Assembly (NCBI GenBank): GCA_963828465.1 | Contig: CAWHEU010000024.1 | Coordinates: 64,001 to 128,000, forward strand | Length of the DNA stretch: 64,000 nucleotides | From: an uncultured Acidobacteriota bacterium | Lineage (GTDB): Bacteria > Actinomycetota > Acidimicrobiia > Spongiisociales > ZC4RG35 | Direction of reading: 5' to 3' | Made by a program: the position numbers and the translations under genes | The notes under the pieces: generated by a model | Told to the model about the DNA's origin: nothing | Seen by the model: the letters and a program-made list of their open reading frames with translations, nothing else | The model's database searches: none | Shown here: positions 38,388-48,296 of the stretch, piece by piece | Layout: each line of letters opens with the position of its first letter | Numbering within the stretch: position 1 is the stretch's first letter

Positions 38388-38758
38388 TGTCTCTCCTGTT
38401 CGGTGTGTTGTCTTACTGACCCATTCGAATGGATCAACGCTCGGTACATGTCGAGAAGCAGTTTCTTCTCATTGGCGCTCAGCAGATTGTCTGCGTCGAT
38501 CGCCTCGTTGATCGTCGGTGACTCCAACTCCTCGTCGATGAGGCCGGCTCTGGAGTAGAGCGTGTTCGCCGAGATCTCGAGGGCGCGTGACAGACGGCTC
38601 AGGATCTCAGCCGAAGGCTTGCGGATCCCGCGCTCTATCTGTGACAGGTAGGGGTTGGAGATCCCGGCCCGCTCCGCCAGACGACGAAGTGAGAGATTGG
38701 CTCTCTCCCTCTGCTGATGGATGAACTCGCCGAGGTCGTTCTGCTTGCTCTCGTTCAC
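38384..38758 (-). CDS. XRE family HTH regulator (Rv0474/MLDSR-like)
   Basis: LGEFI..QR....LSLR.LAE.AGISNPYLSQIERG.RKPSAEIL...LY.RAG motif. Confidence 0.9.
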   Translation of the reverse strand: MNESKQNDLGEFIHQQRERANLSLRRLAERAGISNPYLSQIERGIRKPSAEILSRLSRALEISANTLYSRAGLIDEELESPTINEAIDADNLLSANEKKLLLDMYRALIHSNGSVRQHTEQERQ

Positions 38759-38773
38759 TACGTGTAAGCGTAC

Positions 38774-38807
38774 AGCAAGCTGCTAACTATTGCAAGCACT
38801 TGCTAGC
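38774..38807. promoter_or_regulatory. 10-bp-phased TGC(A/T)A(A/G)C repeats upstream of the XRE gene
   Basis: TGCTAAC at 38781, TGCAAGC at 38791 and TGCTAGC at 38801. Confidence 0.5.
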
Positions 38808-38817
38808 GGGCGCCGCT

Positions 38818-39549
38818 CTAGACCAACGCGGTGCCGACTGCACTCCCGATCAGCCAGGCGACCACGCCGCCGATCCCGGCGATGGCCATGTTTTCGAAAC
38901 CCGAGGTCAGCCAGTTGTGCTTTGCCACCCTCGCCTTGACCACCCCGACGATGAAGAGGCCGGTGAGGGCGAGAACCGTCGCCCAGGCCAGCGCCACGTT
39001 GGCCGCGTCGAAGACGAAGAAAGGAATGACGACGGGCAGAGATCCCACGAGAAACAGGCCACCCGAGGCGAGCATGGCCCGATAGGGCGAGCGACGCTCC
39101 GATTCGACGAAGCCGAATTCGAGGGCCTTCATCGCGTTGAGGATGGCGTCGTCGGAGCGGTCGAAAGCGGCCACCACCATGTCGACGTCCTCCTCCCGTA
39201 GACCCATGTCACCGAACATCTCGGTTAGCTGGTCCAGCTCCTGCTGGCGATGGTCGCGGATGTGGACCTTCTCCAGCCGAAGTTCCGCCTCGAGCACCTG
39301 ATCCTGTGACTTCGTGGCGAGATACTCACCGGCCGCCATCGAGACCGCCCCGGCCAAGGCCCCGGCGAGAGCGGTAAGAAGCACCTGTTCGGTGTCGAGC
39401 CCACCACCAACGACACCGACGACGAGGAGGAAGATCGAAACGAGACCGTCGTTTACCCCGAGGATGATGTCCCGCCAGTACTGGCGGGTCTCGCCGATGT
39501 GGGGCTCGTAGGGTGTCTCCTCTCTACGAGCCTCTCGGTCGGTCGCCAC
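38818..39549 (-). CDS. VIT1/CCC1 family transporter
   Basis: RDIILGVNDGLVS and AGAVSMAAGEYLATKSQ motifs. TACCAT lies 7 nt before GTG 39549. Confidence 0.9.
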   Translation of the reverse strand: MATDREARREETPYEPHIGETRQYWRDIILGVNDGLVSIFLLVVGVVGGGLDTEQVLLTALAGALAGAVSMAAGEYLATKSQDQVLEAELRLEKVHIRDHRQQELDQLTEMFGDMGLREEDVDMVVAAFDRSDDAILNAMKALEFGFVESERRSPYRAMLASGGLFLVGSLPVVIPFFVFDAANVALAWATVLALTGLFIVGVVKARVAKHNWLTSGFENMAIAGIGGVVAWLIGSAVGTALV

Positions 39550-39588
39550 GAATGGGATGGTACCAATCACACGTTGGCCGCCTGCTGG

Positions 39589-40746
39589 TCAGACCCCCTC
39601 GGCCAGCCCGATCACGGCACCCAGACCGGCCCGTATCCCAAATCCGACCGTTGCCTCGTCCAACACGAACCCGGGGGAGTGGAGATCATGGCCCTTCCCC
39701 GACGATCCGAGCCGGAGCAACGCCCCGGGCGCCACCGAGAGATAGTTGGCGAAGTCCTCGCCACCCATCGATGGCTCGGTGGGGACCACCGTCTCCGAAC
39801 CGAGAAGCTGGGAGATGCCGGAAGTGGCCGCCTGGACCACGGCATGGTCGTTCACGACCGGGGGGATCGCCTGGACATAGTCGAGGGTGTAGCCCGCTCC
39901 GGACCACGCCATGAGACTGCCGATCGCCTTGTCCATGAGGCCGGGGAGCACGTCCCACAGGCTGCGATCCAACGTACGGGCCGTTCCCTGCAACTCGACA
40001 CGGGTCGGGATCACGTTCGAGGTTGTGCCACCTTGGATCGACCCAAATGCAACGGTCAGCGTGCTTCGGGCGTCGACCGTTCGCCGCAGCACTCCGGGGA
40101 GCTCGTGCACCAGGCGGGCGGCATCGGCAATCAGGTCGACCGTCTGGTGGGGACGGGCGGTGTGTCCACCAGGCCCCTCCAGAACGACGGTGAACTTGTC
40201 GGCGCTGGCGGTGATGGGCCCTACCCGGGTCCCCACACGGCCGGTCTCCAGCGACGGGTCCACATGAAAGGCCAGAATCCCCTTGAGACCGTCCACCAGC
40301 CCTTCCTCGACGAATTGGGACGCACCACCGGGGAACGCCTCCTCGGCGGGCTGGAACAGCAGTCTCACCCCGACCGGCAGATCGAGCTGGCGGAGTGCAA
40401 CGGCGATGCCGAAGGCAATGGCAGCGTGCCCGTCGTGCCCACAGGCATGCATCCACCCGGCGTTCTGCGAACGCGGTGCATTCCCCTCCGGCTCGTGGAT
40501 GGGCAAGGCGTCGAGGTCGGCCCTGAAGCCGATACGGGGCTCGGGGCCGACGTCCATCCAGAGACCTGTCTGTGGTCGTCGGTCGTGATAGACGATCCCG
40601 TTCTCATCGAGTGAGGCGGCGATCAGGGCAGTTGTCCGGTGTTCTTCGTTGGCCGGCTCGGGGTGGCGATGGAGGAGTCGGCGAAGCTCGACCGCTTGGG
40701 GGATGATGCCCTCCACCAGCGCCTCGAGCCGATCGGGGCTGATCAT
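39589..40746 (-). CDS. M20D family amidohydrolase
   Basis: RR.LH.HPE, RADLDALP, MHACGHDGH, FQPAEE, GGHTARPH, MGGEDF and LHSP.F motifs. Confidence 0.92.
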   Translation of the reverse strand: MISPDRLEALVEGIIPQAVELRRLLHRHPEPANEEHRTTALIAASLDENGIVYHDRRPQTGLWMDVGPEPRIGFRADLDALPIHEPEGNAPRSQNAGWMHACGHDGHAAIAFGIAVALRQLDLPVGVRLLFQPAEEAFPGGASQFVEEGLVDGLKGILAFHVDPSLETGRVGTRVGPITASADKFTVVLEGPGGHTARPHQTVDLIADAARLVHELPGVLRRTVDARSTLTVAFGSIQGGTTSNVIPTRVELQGTARTLDRSLWDVLPGLMDKAIGSLMAWSGAGYTLDYVQAIPPVVNDHAVVQAATSGISQLLGSETVVPTEPSMGGEDFANYLSVAPGALLRLGSSGKGHDLHSPGFVLDEATVGFGIRAGLGAVIGLAEGV

Positions 40747-40767
40747 CTGCTGAGGCTAACCCATCCC

Positions 40768-40814
40768 AAATTGGGAGCCACAGTCCCGAGTGTGAGAGCT
40801 GTGGGTCCCAATTT
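40768..40814. repeat. Intergenic REP-like hairpin
   Basis: AAATTGGGAGCCACAG...CTGTGGGTCCCAATTT. Confidence 0.55.
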
Positions 40815-40823
40815 CGAGGCGGC

Positions 40824-43592
40824 TCACTCGTAGAAGCGGGTCTCGAACACTCGACGGGCCCTTCTGGTGACCCGGCGGTACACATCTCTGAGCTCAGAGG
40901 CCCTGTCGAACCCGAGCGAAGCGGCGAGACTGCCTAGCTCCAGCGGTGCGGTGGGAAGCGAGTCGACGGCCCGACCCATCTGGAGGTGGAGGCGGAGCCG
41001 GGCGCGGGTGCAGAAGAGGTAGGACTCCGACAGGGCGCTCTCCTCGTCGGGTTCGAGCAGCCCGTGCCCGACTAGCACCTGCAACGCATCCAATGTGCTG
41101 GGGCCCCGAAGCTCGGGGACTCTGCCACCGTGACGTAACTGGAGGAGCTGGGTGAGGAACTCGATATCACTGATGCTCCCCCGGCCCAGCTTGAGGTGGT
41201 AGTCGGGGTCTTCACCGGCCGGGATCCGCTCCTTCTCCACCCTCGCCTTGATCTCACGAATCGAACGCTGGAAGTCGGTGGGCAAGCTGTCCCGCCACAG
41301 GAAGCTTCCCACCACTTCGGACCACTGGCTTGCGAGGGATGGATCTCCGGCCGCCACCCTCCCTTTGACCAGGGCGAGCATCTCCCAGGGCTCGGCCCAC
41401 TCCTCGTAGTAGCGGCGGTAGCTCTCGAGAGACCTCGCCATAGGCCCTTTTCGGCCTTCCGGCCTGAGCTCGGCATCGAGCCGGTAGGCCTCTCCATGGC
41501 GGCTTGTCTCGGAGAGCACCCTGGACAACTCGGTGGCGACACGGAACGCGTCGTCGCGTCCGGATTCCTCGGCGATCACGTACATGAGATCGAGGTCGGA
41601 GCCATAGGACAGCTCGCCACCCCCCCACTTGCCCATTGCGACGACACATAGCCCGGTCGGGTCACCTCGGGTGACGACGTGGAGGCCTCCGCCCACCGCC
41701 ACATCGGCACTGTCGGTGAGGGAGCGGAGCGTGGTGACCGTGTCCGTCAATCCAAGGATGTCGCGTGCCGCAGTGCGGAGCTTTCTGCGCCGGGCCATCC
41801 GGCGGATGGTCCCTACCTTGGCGTCGGGCTCTGGCCGGGAATCGAGCAGGCCGAGCAGGCGGCTCGACTCCTCCTCCCGGCCGCGGATCTCCGCCAGCAG
41901 CCGCTCGTCGGCCAGACGGGGGACGAACTCGGGGATGCGGTCGATCAGGTCGCCGATGAGACGGCTTGTCCCAAGCAGCCGGCACAGCCGCTCGCCGGCC
42001 AGCGGGTTCACCTGGAGCAGGGTCACCAGCGCGGCATGGTCGGGAGTGTTGGCCAGGACCGTGCGAAGCTGCCTCAGCCCGAGATCCGGATCGGGGGTGA
42101 GCGACAGCCAGTCGAGCATGAGGGGGAGCACCTGATGCATGGCCTGCGACCGCCGGCTCAGACCCGACGTCAGGTCTTCGAGTGCCCTCTTTGCAGCCGC
42201 CACGTCGTTGAAGCCGAGGGCTTCGAGACGCAGAGCGGCTTGTTCCATACCGAGCCGAGCACTCGGGGACCCGACGAGAGCGTCCAGGATCGGTCTGAAA
42301 TAGAGACGCTCGTGAACGTCGCGAACGATCGACCTCACCTCGCCGATCCTCTGTTCGAGCTCGCGGGCCGGATCGATCCCCATTCCCAGGGCGCGGCCCA
42401 ATTGTTCTCTGCGCTCCGGGTCATTCGGGATCTCGTGGGTCTGTCGCAGGTCCCAGAGCTGGATCCTGTGTTCGAGATCTCGCCAGAATCGGTAGGCGGA
42501 GTCGAGCCGGGAACGATCCTCCTCACCCACGAATCCGAGGTCGGTCAGGGCCTGGAGAGCTTCGAGTGTGCCCGGCTTCCTCAGCTCCGGGGCGAGTCGA
42601 CCATGGACCAGCTGGAGGAGCTGTACCGAGAACTCGACGTCCCGGATACCACCTCGCGACCGCTTGATGTCGGACGGCCTCGCTCCCGTCTCCGCCTGCT
42701 CCTTCAGCTTGCGGAGGCTCCGCAGGGAGTCCACGTCGAGACCCTGCTCCCAGATCACGGTCTCGACCATGGAGGCGAAGCGTTCGCCGAGGGAGGGGTC
42801 GCCGGAGACGGGACGCGCCTTCAGCAGCGCCTGGAGCTCCCAAGGCTCGCCCCACCTGGCGTAGTACTGCGCATAAGAGTCGAGGCTTCGTGAGAGGGGC
42901 CCGATCGATCCCTCCGGTCTCAGATCGGTGTCAACGAGGAGCCCTGAACCGTCGGATCCACGAGCGGACAGGGCACCAACGATGGCAAGGGCGAGGGCGA
43001 GGGCGGCGGTCCGGCTCGCCGATTCGTCATCACCTGCCCTGTCGTGGACGAAGAGCAGGTCGATGTCGGACGAGTAGTTGAGCTCTCGGGCGCCCCATTT
43101 CCCCATGGCGATGACGGCGAAGGGCAGGTCGGAGACGAGTGGGTATTTCGCCGCGACCGCTGCCGTAGCCCGAGATTGGACATCCTCCACCAGGTGGTCG
43201 ATGGCATCAGAGAACCGGGTGGTCGCAACCGTCATGTCGATGACACCGGCCAGGTCGTCCCCGGCGATGGTGGCGAGAGAGGCCCTCCGGCGCAGCGGGA
43301 CCGAATCCTCGGGGGCCGACCCGATGAGCAAACCGGGTCGACGGGCGATCGCTTGACTCAAAGCGCGAGAAGCGCCGGCAATGGCGCAGGCTCGCTCCAG
43401 TGCGGGGCTGGTGAGGACGAGCTCGGGGTCTGCCTCGATCATCGAGATCAATCTCGGCCAGGCTCCCGCAGGATCTGCTCCCCTCGCCACCAGGTCGACG
43501 ATGGACGATCTCCGGTCCGGGTCCGGTACCAGGACCTCGAGTCTTCCTGCTTCTGCTGGCGGAATTGCGACTACGGGCCGTCTGTCGGTCAC
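40824..43592 (-). CDS. glnE: Glutamine synthetase adenylyltransferase / adenylyl-removing enzyme
   Basis: Two nucleotidyltransferase domains (AMGKWGARELNYSSDIDL; AMGKWGGGELSYGSDLDL), each with LRPEG, and WE.QALLKAR. Confidence 0.92.
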   Translation of the reverse strand: MTDRRPVVAIPPAEAGRLEVLVPDPDRRSSIVDLVARGADPAGAWPRLISMIEADPELVLTSPALERACAIAGASRALSQAIARRPGLLIGSAPEDSVPLRRRASLATIAGDDLAGVIDMTVATTRFSDAIDHLVEDVQSRATAAVAAKYPLVSDLPFAVIAMGKWGARELNYSSDIDLLFVHDRAGDDESASRTAALALALAIVGALSARGSDGSGLLVDTDLRPEGSIGPLSRSLDSYAQYYARWGEPWELQALLKARPVSGDPSLGERFASMVETVIWEQGLDVDSLRSLRKLKEQAETGARPSDIKRSRGGIRDVEFSVQLLQLVHGRLAPELRKPGTLEALQALTDLGFVGEEDRSRLDSAYRFWRDLEHRIQLWDLRQTHEIPNDPERREQLGRALGMGIDPARELEQRIGEVRSIVRDVHERLYFRPILDALVGSPSARLGMEQAALRLEALGFNDVAAAKRALEDLTSGLSRRSQAMHQVLPLMLDWLSLTPDPDLGLRQLRTVLANTPDHAALVTLLQVNPLAGERLCRLLGTSRLIGDLIDRIPEFVPRLADERLLAEIRGREEESSRLLGLLDSRPEPDAKVGTIRRMARRRKLRTAARDILGLTDTVTTLRSLTDSADVAVGGGLHVVTRGDPTGLCVVAMGKWGGGELSYGSDLDLMYVIAEESGRDDAFRVATELSRVLSETSRHGEAYRLDAELRPEGRKGPMARSLESYRRYYEEWAEPWEMLALVKGRVAAGDPSLASQWSEVVGSFLWRDSLPTDFQRSIREIKARVEKERIPAGEDPDYHLKLGRGSISDIEFLTQLLQLRHGGRVPELRGPSTLDALQVLVGHGLLEPDEESALSESYLFCTRARLRLHLQMGRAVDSLPTAPLELGSLAASLGFDRASELRDVYRRVTRRARRVFETRFYE

Positions 43593-43627
43593 GTCCGACA
43601 GCGTATGCCGGGGCGTATCGTGGAGGT

Positions 43628-45286
43628 ATGCCACTCCGAGTCGCCGGGGCCCAACTGAATCTCTGTGTCGGCGACATACCGGGCAACGAGAGACGGATTG
43701 CCGGCGCCATCGATTGGGCCGAAGCAGAGGGTGCCGAGGTGCTGCTCCTGCCTGAGTTGGCGATCAACGGGTATCCGCCCGAGGATCTGGTGCTTCGCGA
43801 CGATTTCGTGTCGGCGGGCATCGACGCCCTTCACCGTCTCGCTTCACGAGCCGGGTCGACGGTGGTGGTTGTTGGCTTCGTCGACCGATCGGATGGCCCG
43901 TCACGGGGTGCCGTCGACGCCGAGGACCGCCGCGTGGCCAATGCGGCGGCCGTTCTTCACCACGGTGGGATCGTCGGCATATATCACAAGGTGCTGCTCC
44001 CCAACTACGGCGTCTTCGACGAGGACCGCTACTTCACCGTAGGGCACGATCCGGCACGGGTTTGGGACATGGGACGGACCCGCGTCGGGGTGTCGATCTG
44101 CGAGGACATCTGGCTCCCGGATGGCCCTCCACGTGATCAGGCCGCAGCCGGTGCCAAGGTCTTGCTCAACATCAACGCCTCGCCGTTCCACAAAGGAAAG
44201 GCCAGGGAGCGCGAAGGCATGATCGTCGACCGAGCCCGTGCATCCGGGGCGGCCGTGGTCTACGTCAACCTGATCGGGGGCCAGGACGAGCTCGTGTTCG
44301 ATGGATGCTCTTTGGTGGTGGCTTCCGACGGCACGATTGTCCACCGCTCTCCGCAGTTCGAAGAGGACATGTTCGTAGTCGACGTGCCGCTGCCCGGGGA
44401 GGCAGTGGAGGTCGGTTCGTTGACTGACCTTCTGGATCCTGTCGAAGAGGTCTATCGGGCCCTGGAGACCGGTCTGGGGGATTACGTGAGGAAGAACGGG
44501 TTCGAGCAGGTGGTGATCGGCCTGTCCGGCGGCATCGATTCGGCTCTGACCGCGGTCCTTGCCTCCGACGCCCTAGGACCTGACTCGGTGTGGGGTGTCG
44601 CCATGCCGTCGCGCTTCTCCTCGCAACACTCGATCGACGATGCCAGGCAACTGGCCGAGAACCTGGGGCTGCGCTTCGACCTCCTCCCGATCGACGACGT
44701 CTACGGCGCGTACCTAGAGGCCCTCGCCCCCGTTTTCGCCGGCACCGAGTTCGGGACGAGTGAGGAGAACCTCCAGGCCCGCACCAGGGGTGCGATGCTG
44801 ATGGCGATCTCCAACAAGCACGGCCCGATGGTGGTGGCCACCGGAAACAAGTCTGAGATGGCTGCGGGGTACGCCACTCTCTACGGAGACATGGTTGGGG
44901 GCTACGCGGTTCTGAAGGACGTATTCAAGACCCTGGTCTACGACCTGGCCCGTTGGCGGAACAAGGATGGGGACGTGATCCCCCTGAACACAATCGACAA
45001 GCCGCCATCAGCCGAATTGCGCCCGAATCAGAAGGATTCGGACAGTCTTCCACCCTACGAGACCCTCGATGAGATCCTCTCGCTCTACGTGGAGGCGGAC
45101 CTCGGCGTGACCGCGATCGTGGAGCGGGGCTTCGACCCAGGCCTGGTGGCACGGGTGGCGGGCATGGTCGATCGCAACGAGTACAAGCGCCGGCAGGCCG
45201 CGCCCGGGGTGAAGATCACGGTCAAGGCGTTCGGCAAGGACCGTCGACTGCCCATCACCAACAGACACAAGCCGTCATCCCCGTGA
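43628..45286 (+). CDS. nadE: Glutamine-dependent NAD+ synthetase
   Basis: Nitrilase domain (PEL..GYPPEDL, K..LPNY.VFDE.RYF, ICED) plus GLSGGIDS, ENLQAR, TGNKSE and EYKRRQ. Confidence 0.95.
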   Translation: MPLRVAGAQLNLCVGDIPGNERRIAGAIDWAEAEGAEVLLLPELAINGYPPEDLVLRDDFVSAGIDALHRLASRAGSTVVVVGFVDRSDGPSRGAVDAEDRRVANAAAVLHHGGIVGIYHKVLLPNYGVFDEDRYFTVGHDPARVWDMGRTRVGVSICEDIWLPDGPPRDQAAAGAKVLLNINASPFHKGKAREREGMIVDRARASGAAVVYVNLIGGQDELVFDGCSLVVASDGTIVHRSPQFEEDMFVVDVPLPGEAVEVGSLTDLLDPVEEVYRALETGLGDYVRKNGFEQVVIGLSGGIDSALTAVLASDALGPDSVWGVAMPSRFSSQHSIDDARQLAENLGLRFDLLPIDDVYGAYLEALAPVFAGTEFGTSEENLQARTRGAMLMAISNKHGPMVVATGNKSEMAAGYATLYGDMVGGYAVLKDVFKTLVYDLARWRNKDGDVIPLNTIDKPPSAELRPNQKDSDSLPPYETLDEILSLYVEADLGVTAIVERGFDPGLVARVAGMVDRNEYKRRQAAPGVKITVKAFGKDRRLPITNRHKPSSP

Positions 45287-45296
45287 CGGGTTGCCG

Positions 45297-46103
45297 ATGA
45301 CGCTGAAGGTGCTGATAAACGGAGTCGAGTCGGACGGTGTCGTTCCTGTCACCGACTCCTCGGTCCTCAGGGGCGATGGTTGTTTCGAAGTGATCAGGTC
45401 CTACGCGGGCCGGCCATTCGCCATGGAGGATCATCTCGACCGCCTCGATCGGAGCGCGAAGGCCCTCGAGATCCCTTTGCCCGACCGTCAGGACCTGGTG
45501 CAATGGGTAGAGCAGGCTGCCGCCTCATGTGATGGGTGCCTGGTCCGGGTGGTTGTGACGAGGGGCCCGGCGATGCCCGGGATCACCGGCGAGCCGATCG
45601 TGATCGTGTTCGCCCACGCGCTGGGCAAGGGCGAAAGCCCGGCCACCCTGCTTCCCGTTCCTGCCCCATGGCACGCGGCAGGCGCAGAGTGGGAACTCGC
45701 CGGCGCCAAGATCCTGTCGTATGCCCCCAACATGGCGGCCACGCGGCGCGCCATCGCCGAGGGATTCGGTGACGCCCTCCTGACGACTATCGAGGGGGCG
45801 ATGCTCGAGGGCCCGACATTCTCCGTGGCCTGGGTGGTCGACGGTGTCATCGAAACGCCCGGGCTCGAATTGGGGATCCTCGACTCGATCACCCGTCGGG
45901 TGATGCTGCAACTGGCATCCGAGCTCGGGATCGAGGTCGTGGAGGGAACATGGGATCTGGACCGGCTCGATCGGGCGCAGGAGGCGATCGCCCTTTCCAC
46001 GGTTCGCGAGATCCAACCGGTTTCTGCGATAGGTGGGCGTGGTTTCCAGGAAGGGCCAGTCACTGCCGACCTGGCGCGTCTCTTCTACCAGCGCCTTTAC
46101 TGA
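45297..46103 (+). CDS. Aminotransferase class IV (PabC/IlvE-like)
   Basis: LRGDGCFE, HLDRL.RSA, AKILSYA.N, EGPT and GILDSITR motifs. Confidence 0.88.
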   Translation: MTLKVLINGVESDGVVPVTDSSVLRGDGCFEVIRSYAGRPFAMEDHLDRLDRSAKALEIPLPDRQDLVQWVEQAAASCDGCLVRVVVTRGPAMPGITGEPIVIVFAHALGKGESPATLLPVPAPWHAAGAEWELAGAKILSYAPNMAATRRAIAEGFGDALLTTIEGAMLEGPTFSVAWVVDGVIETPGLELGILDSITRRVMLQLASELGIEVVEGTWDLDRLDRAQEAIALSTVREIQPVSAIGGRGFQEGPVTADLARLFYQRLY

Positions 46104-47575
46104 ACGGGTGGTGGGCAGGACTCGGGATTCCGGCCCTGGATCCACGAGACGAGCCGAACGACGGTCTCCGCCCTGGTCAGGACCCGGTCGTTGTCGAGAC
46201 TCGGGTTGCATGCGGCACGAGCGCCCATCTCCCGCAGCTTGGCCTCGGCCTCCTCGGCGGTGGGAACGAAGACTTCGGGGACACCCTCGGTCTGCGACCG
46301 CGGCCGCAGGGTCGACACCAAGGCATCGATCCTGACCCAAACGGCGAGACGGGCGACATCGGCCTCCGTCAGCCCAAGGAAGAGACAGGGGTCGAGTGGA
46401 GGGCATGCCGAGGTGTCGGTCAACGGCAGATACCGGCCCTCGAGCTGAGGAGGCGCCGTGCCGGCCAGGTGTCCGGCGAGGACAGCGGCCAGTTCCGGCT
46501 CCGCGATTCGGTCCGGGCAGAAATCGACCCTTGTCTCGTCGCAATCGAGCAGGAGTCCTTGAGTCAGCAGCAGTGCGATGATGGCCTCGGCAGGACTGCC
46601 GTCGTCATCGGCGTATGGCCAGGATGGCTGGGGATCGGCTTGTACCGCCACCCCTTGTGCGGCAAGCAGGCTCGGACGCGGATCGACGGCGAGGCCTTCA
46701 GGGTTGCGCAGCTCGAAATGGAGGTGGGGCACCGTGCCTTCGGCATTCCCTGAATCGCCCACCCAGCCGATCACCTCGCCGCGAGCAACCTCCGAGCCCT
46801 CGACGAGATCGGTGCGCAGACCGATGCCCAGGCCGTCGTCGGTGTCGTATTGATCGTTGTTGAGATGGATGTAGTAGGACTGCCATCCGTCGGTGTGCCG
46901 GACGATGGCCCAGCAGCAGTTGTCCGTCCCTTGGTCCTGGGCGACCCTGCTCACCACACCATCAGCCACGGCCCGGACCGGAGTCAGTTTGGGAGCGGCG
47001 ATGTCGTTGCCCATGTGCTTGCGGGCGCCACCGTCACGATCGGCGCCGAAGGGTGAGCCGATTTGACCGACCCCGCCCATGGGCCAGGCCATGTCGTAGA
47101 CGAAAGGCACGCAAGGGGGCGGGGGCGGGATCGTGGTCGTGGTTTCTCGCGGGGCCGTGGTGGGTGGCGCCGTGGTCGAGCCAGGCGCAGTGGTCGTGGT
47201 CGATGCAGACGCCGTCGTGGTGGTCTCGTCCGGGGAAGATGTGCTGGTCGTCTCCTCGGGAACCGTTGTCGTGGTCGTCGACGTTGTAGTAGTCGATGCA
47301 GGCGCAGTCGTGGTGGTTTCCGATGGGACGGTCGTGCCCGGCCCTGTAGTCGTCGTTTCCGATGGGACTGTGGTGCCCGGCGCCGTGGTCGTCGTCTCCG
47401 GTGGGAGGGTCGTCGGTGGGGGCAGGGTGGTTGGTGGGAACAGGATGTCCATGGTCACCGGAGGGCACATCTCGGCGGCGGCAACCGGGCTTGCCGGCGT
47501 GCTCACGAAGTAGAGCCCTGACATCAGGGCAGACGCGAGCAATAGAGCGGCCATCCGTCTGCCGTACATGGGCAT
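46097..47575 (-). CDS. M23 family peptidase with a Thr/Pro stalk and a degenerate SLH-like C-terminus
   Basis: Signal peptide, PGTTVPSETTTT repeats, H.GND, YIHLNND, GDSGNA and PHLHFE motifs. Confidence 0.85.
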   Translation of the reverse strand: MPMYGRRMAALLLASALMSGLYFVSTPASPVAAAEMCPPVTMDILFPPTTLPPPTTLPPETTTTAPGTTVPSETTTTGPGTTVPSETTTTAPASTTTTSTTTTTVPEETTSTSSPDETTTTASASTTTTAPGSTTAPPTTAPRETTTTIPPPPPCVPFVYDMAWPMGGVGQIGSPFGADRDGGARKHMGNDIAAPKLTPVRAVADGVVSRVAQDQGTDNCCWAIVRHTDGWQSYYIHLNNDQYDTDDGLGIGLRTDLVEGSEVARGEVIGWVGDSGNAEGTVPHLHFELRNPEGLAVDPRPSLLAAQGVAVQADPQPSWPYADDDGSPAEAIIALLLTQGLLLDCDETRVDFCPDRIAEPELAAVLAGHLAGTAPPQLEGRYLPLTDTSACPPLDPCLFLGLTEADVARLAVWVRIDALVSTLRPRSQTEGVPEVFVPTAEEAEAKLREMGARAACNPSLDNDRVLTRAETVVRLVSWIQGRNPESCPPPVQ

Positions 47576-47634
47576 GACCTTACATACTGAGACGTGGTTT
47601 GGAACCAGGGGCGGCTCGGGTACGTTTGTACGCC

Positions 47635-48159
47635 ATGATCTCCTCCAAGACGCTCCGTCTCGGCCTGTTCGGATTACTGGTCCTGGCCCTTGCGGCCTGT
47701 GACGACGGCGAGACCACGGACCTCAGCACGACGTCCTCCCTCATTTCCAGCCCGACCACCGGTGGTGGGGAGGAGGCGACCACCACCACAGTGGCGACGG
47801 GAGGTGACACGACCTCGACGACACTCGTCGGTCAGCAAGTCGCCGAGTACGAGGTTGTGGCGCGGGTGTCGGACCCGGCCGGGGAGACACTCTTCATCGT
47901 GATCCCGCCCGGCGCATACACCGATGTCGACATCGAGAACTTCGTAGTCGGCCTCGTCGACAGTGGCGAGATCACCTATGGCGCCGAGGTCTTCGACGAC
48001 AACGGCGCGGTCGATGCCTACCGCAAGCCCGAGGCGGAGCGCACCGAGGGCGAGACCCAACTCATCCAACAGCACCATTTCGCCAGCGTCCAGAACGGGA
48101 CCACCTTCATCTACCGCGGACCATTCGCCGAGTCGGGCGAGTTCGTCATCGGCAGCTAG
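47635..48159 (+). CDS. Lipoprotein, hypothetical
   Basis: LAAC lipobox, Thr-rich linker and acidic domain. Confidence 0.7.
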   Translation: MISSKTLRLGLFGLLVLALAACDDGETTDLSTTSSLISSPTTGGGEEATTTTVATGGDTTSTTLVGQQVAEYEVVARVSDPAGETLFIVIPPGAYTDVDIENFVVGLVDSGEITYGAEVFDDNGAVDAYRKPEAERTEGETQLIQQHHFASVQNGTTFIYRGPFAESGEFVIGS

Positions 48160-48179
48160 GGGAGGCGTGCCCCTGGCAA

Positions 48180-48295
48180 CCTCAGGTTCTGCGGCCCGCA
48201 TCCGGGCCGATCTGCCTCAGCTTCGTGGGTTGTCCGGCGTGGGGCAGCCCGAACGTGAGGCGTTTCGGCCCGTATAAGAAACGGGGAACCTGAGG
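48180..48295. repeat. 116-bp palindromic element between convergent genes
   Basis: Terminal CCTCAGGTTC/GAACCTGAGG with inner GGGCCGA/TCGGCCC and GCCTCA/TGAGGC pairings. Confidence 0.55.
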
Positions 48296-48296
48296 G

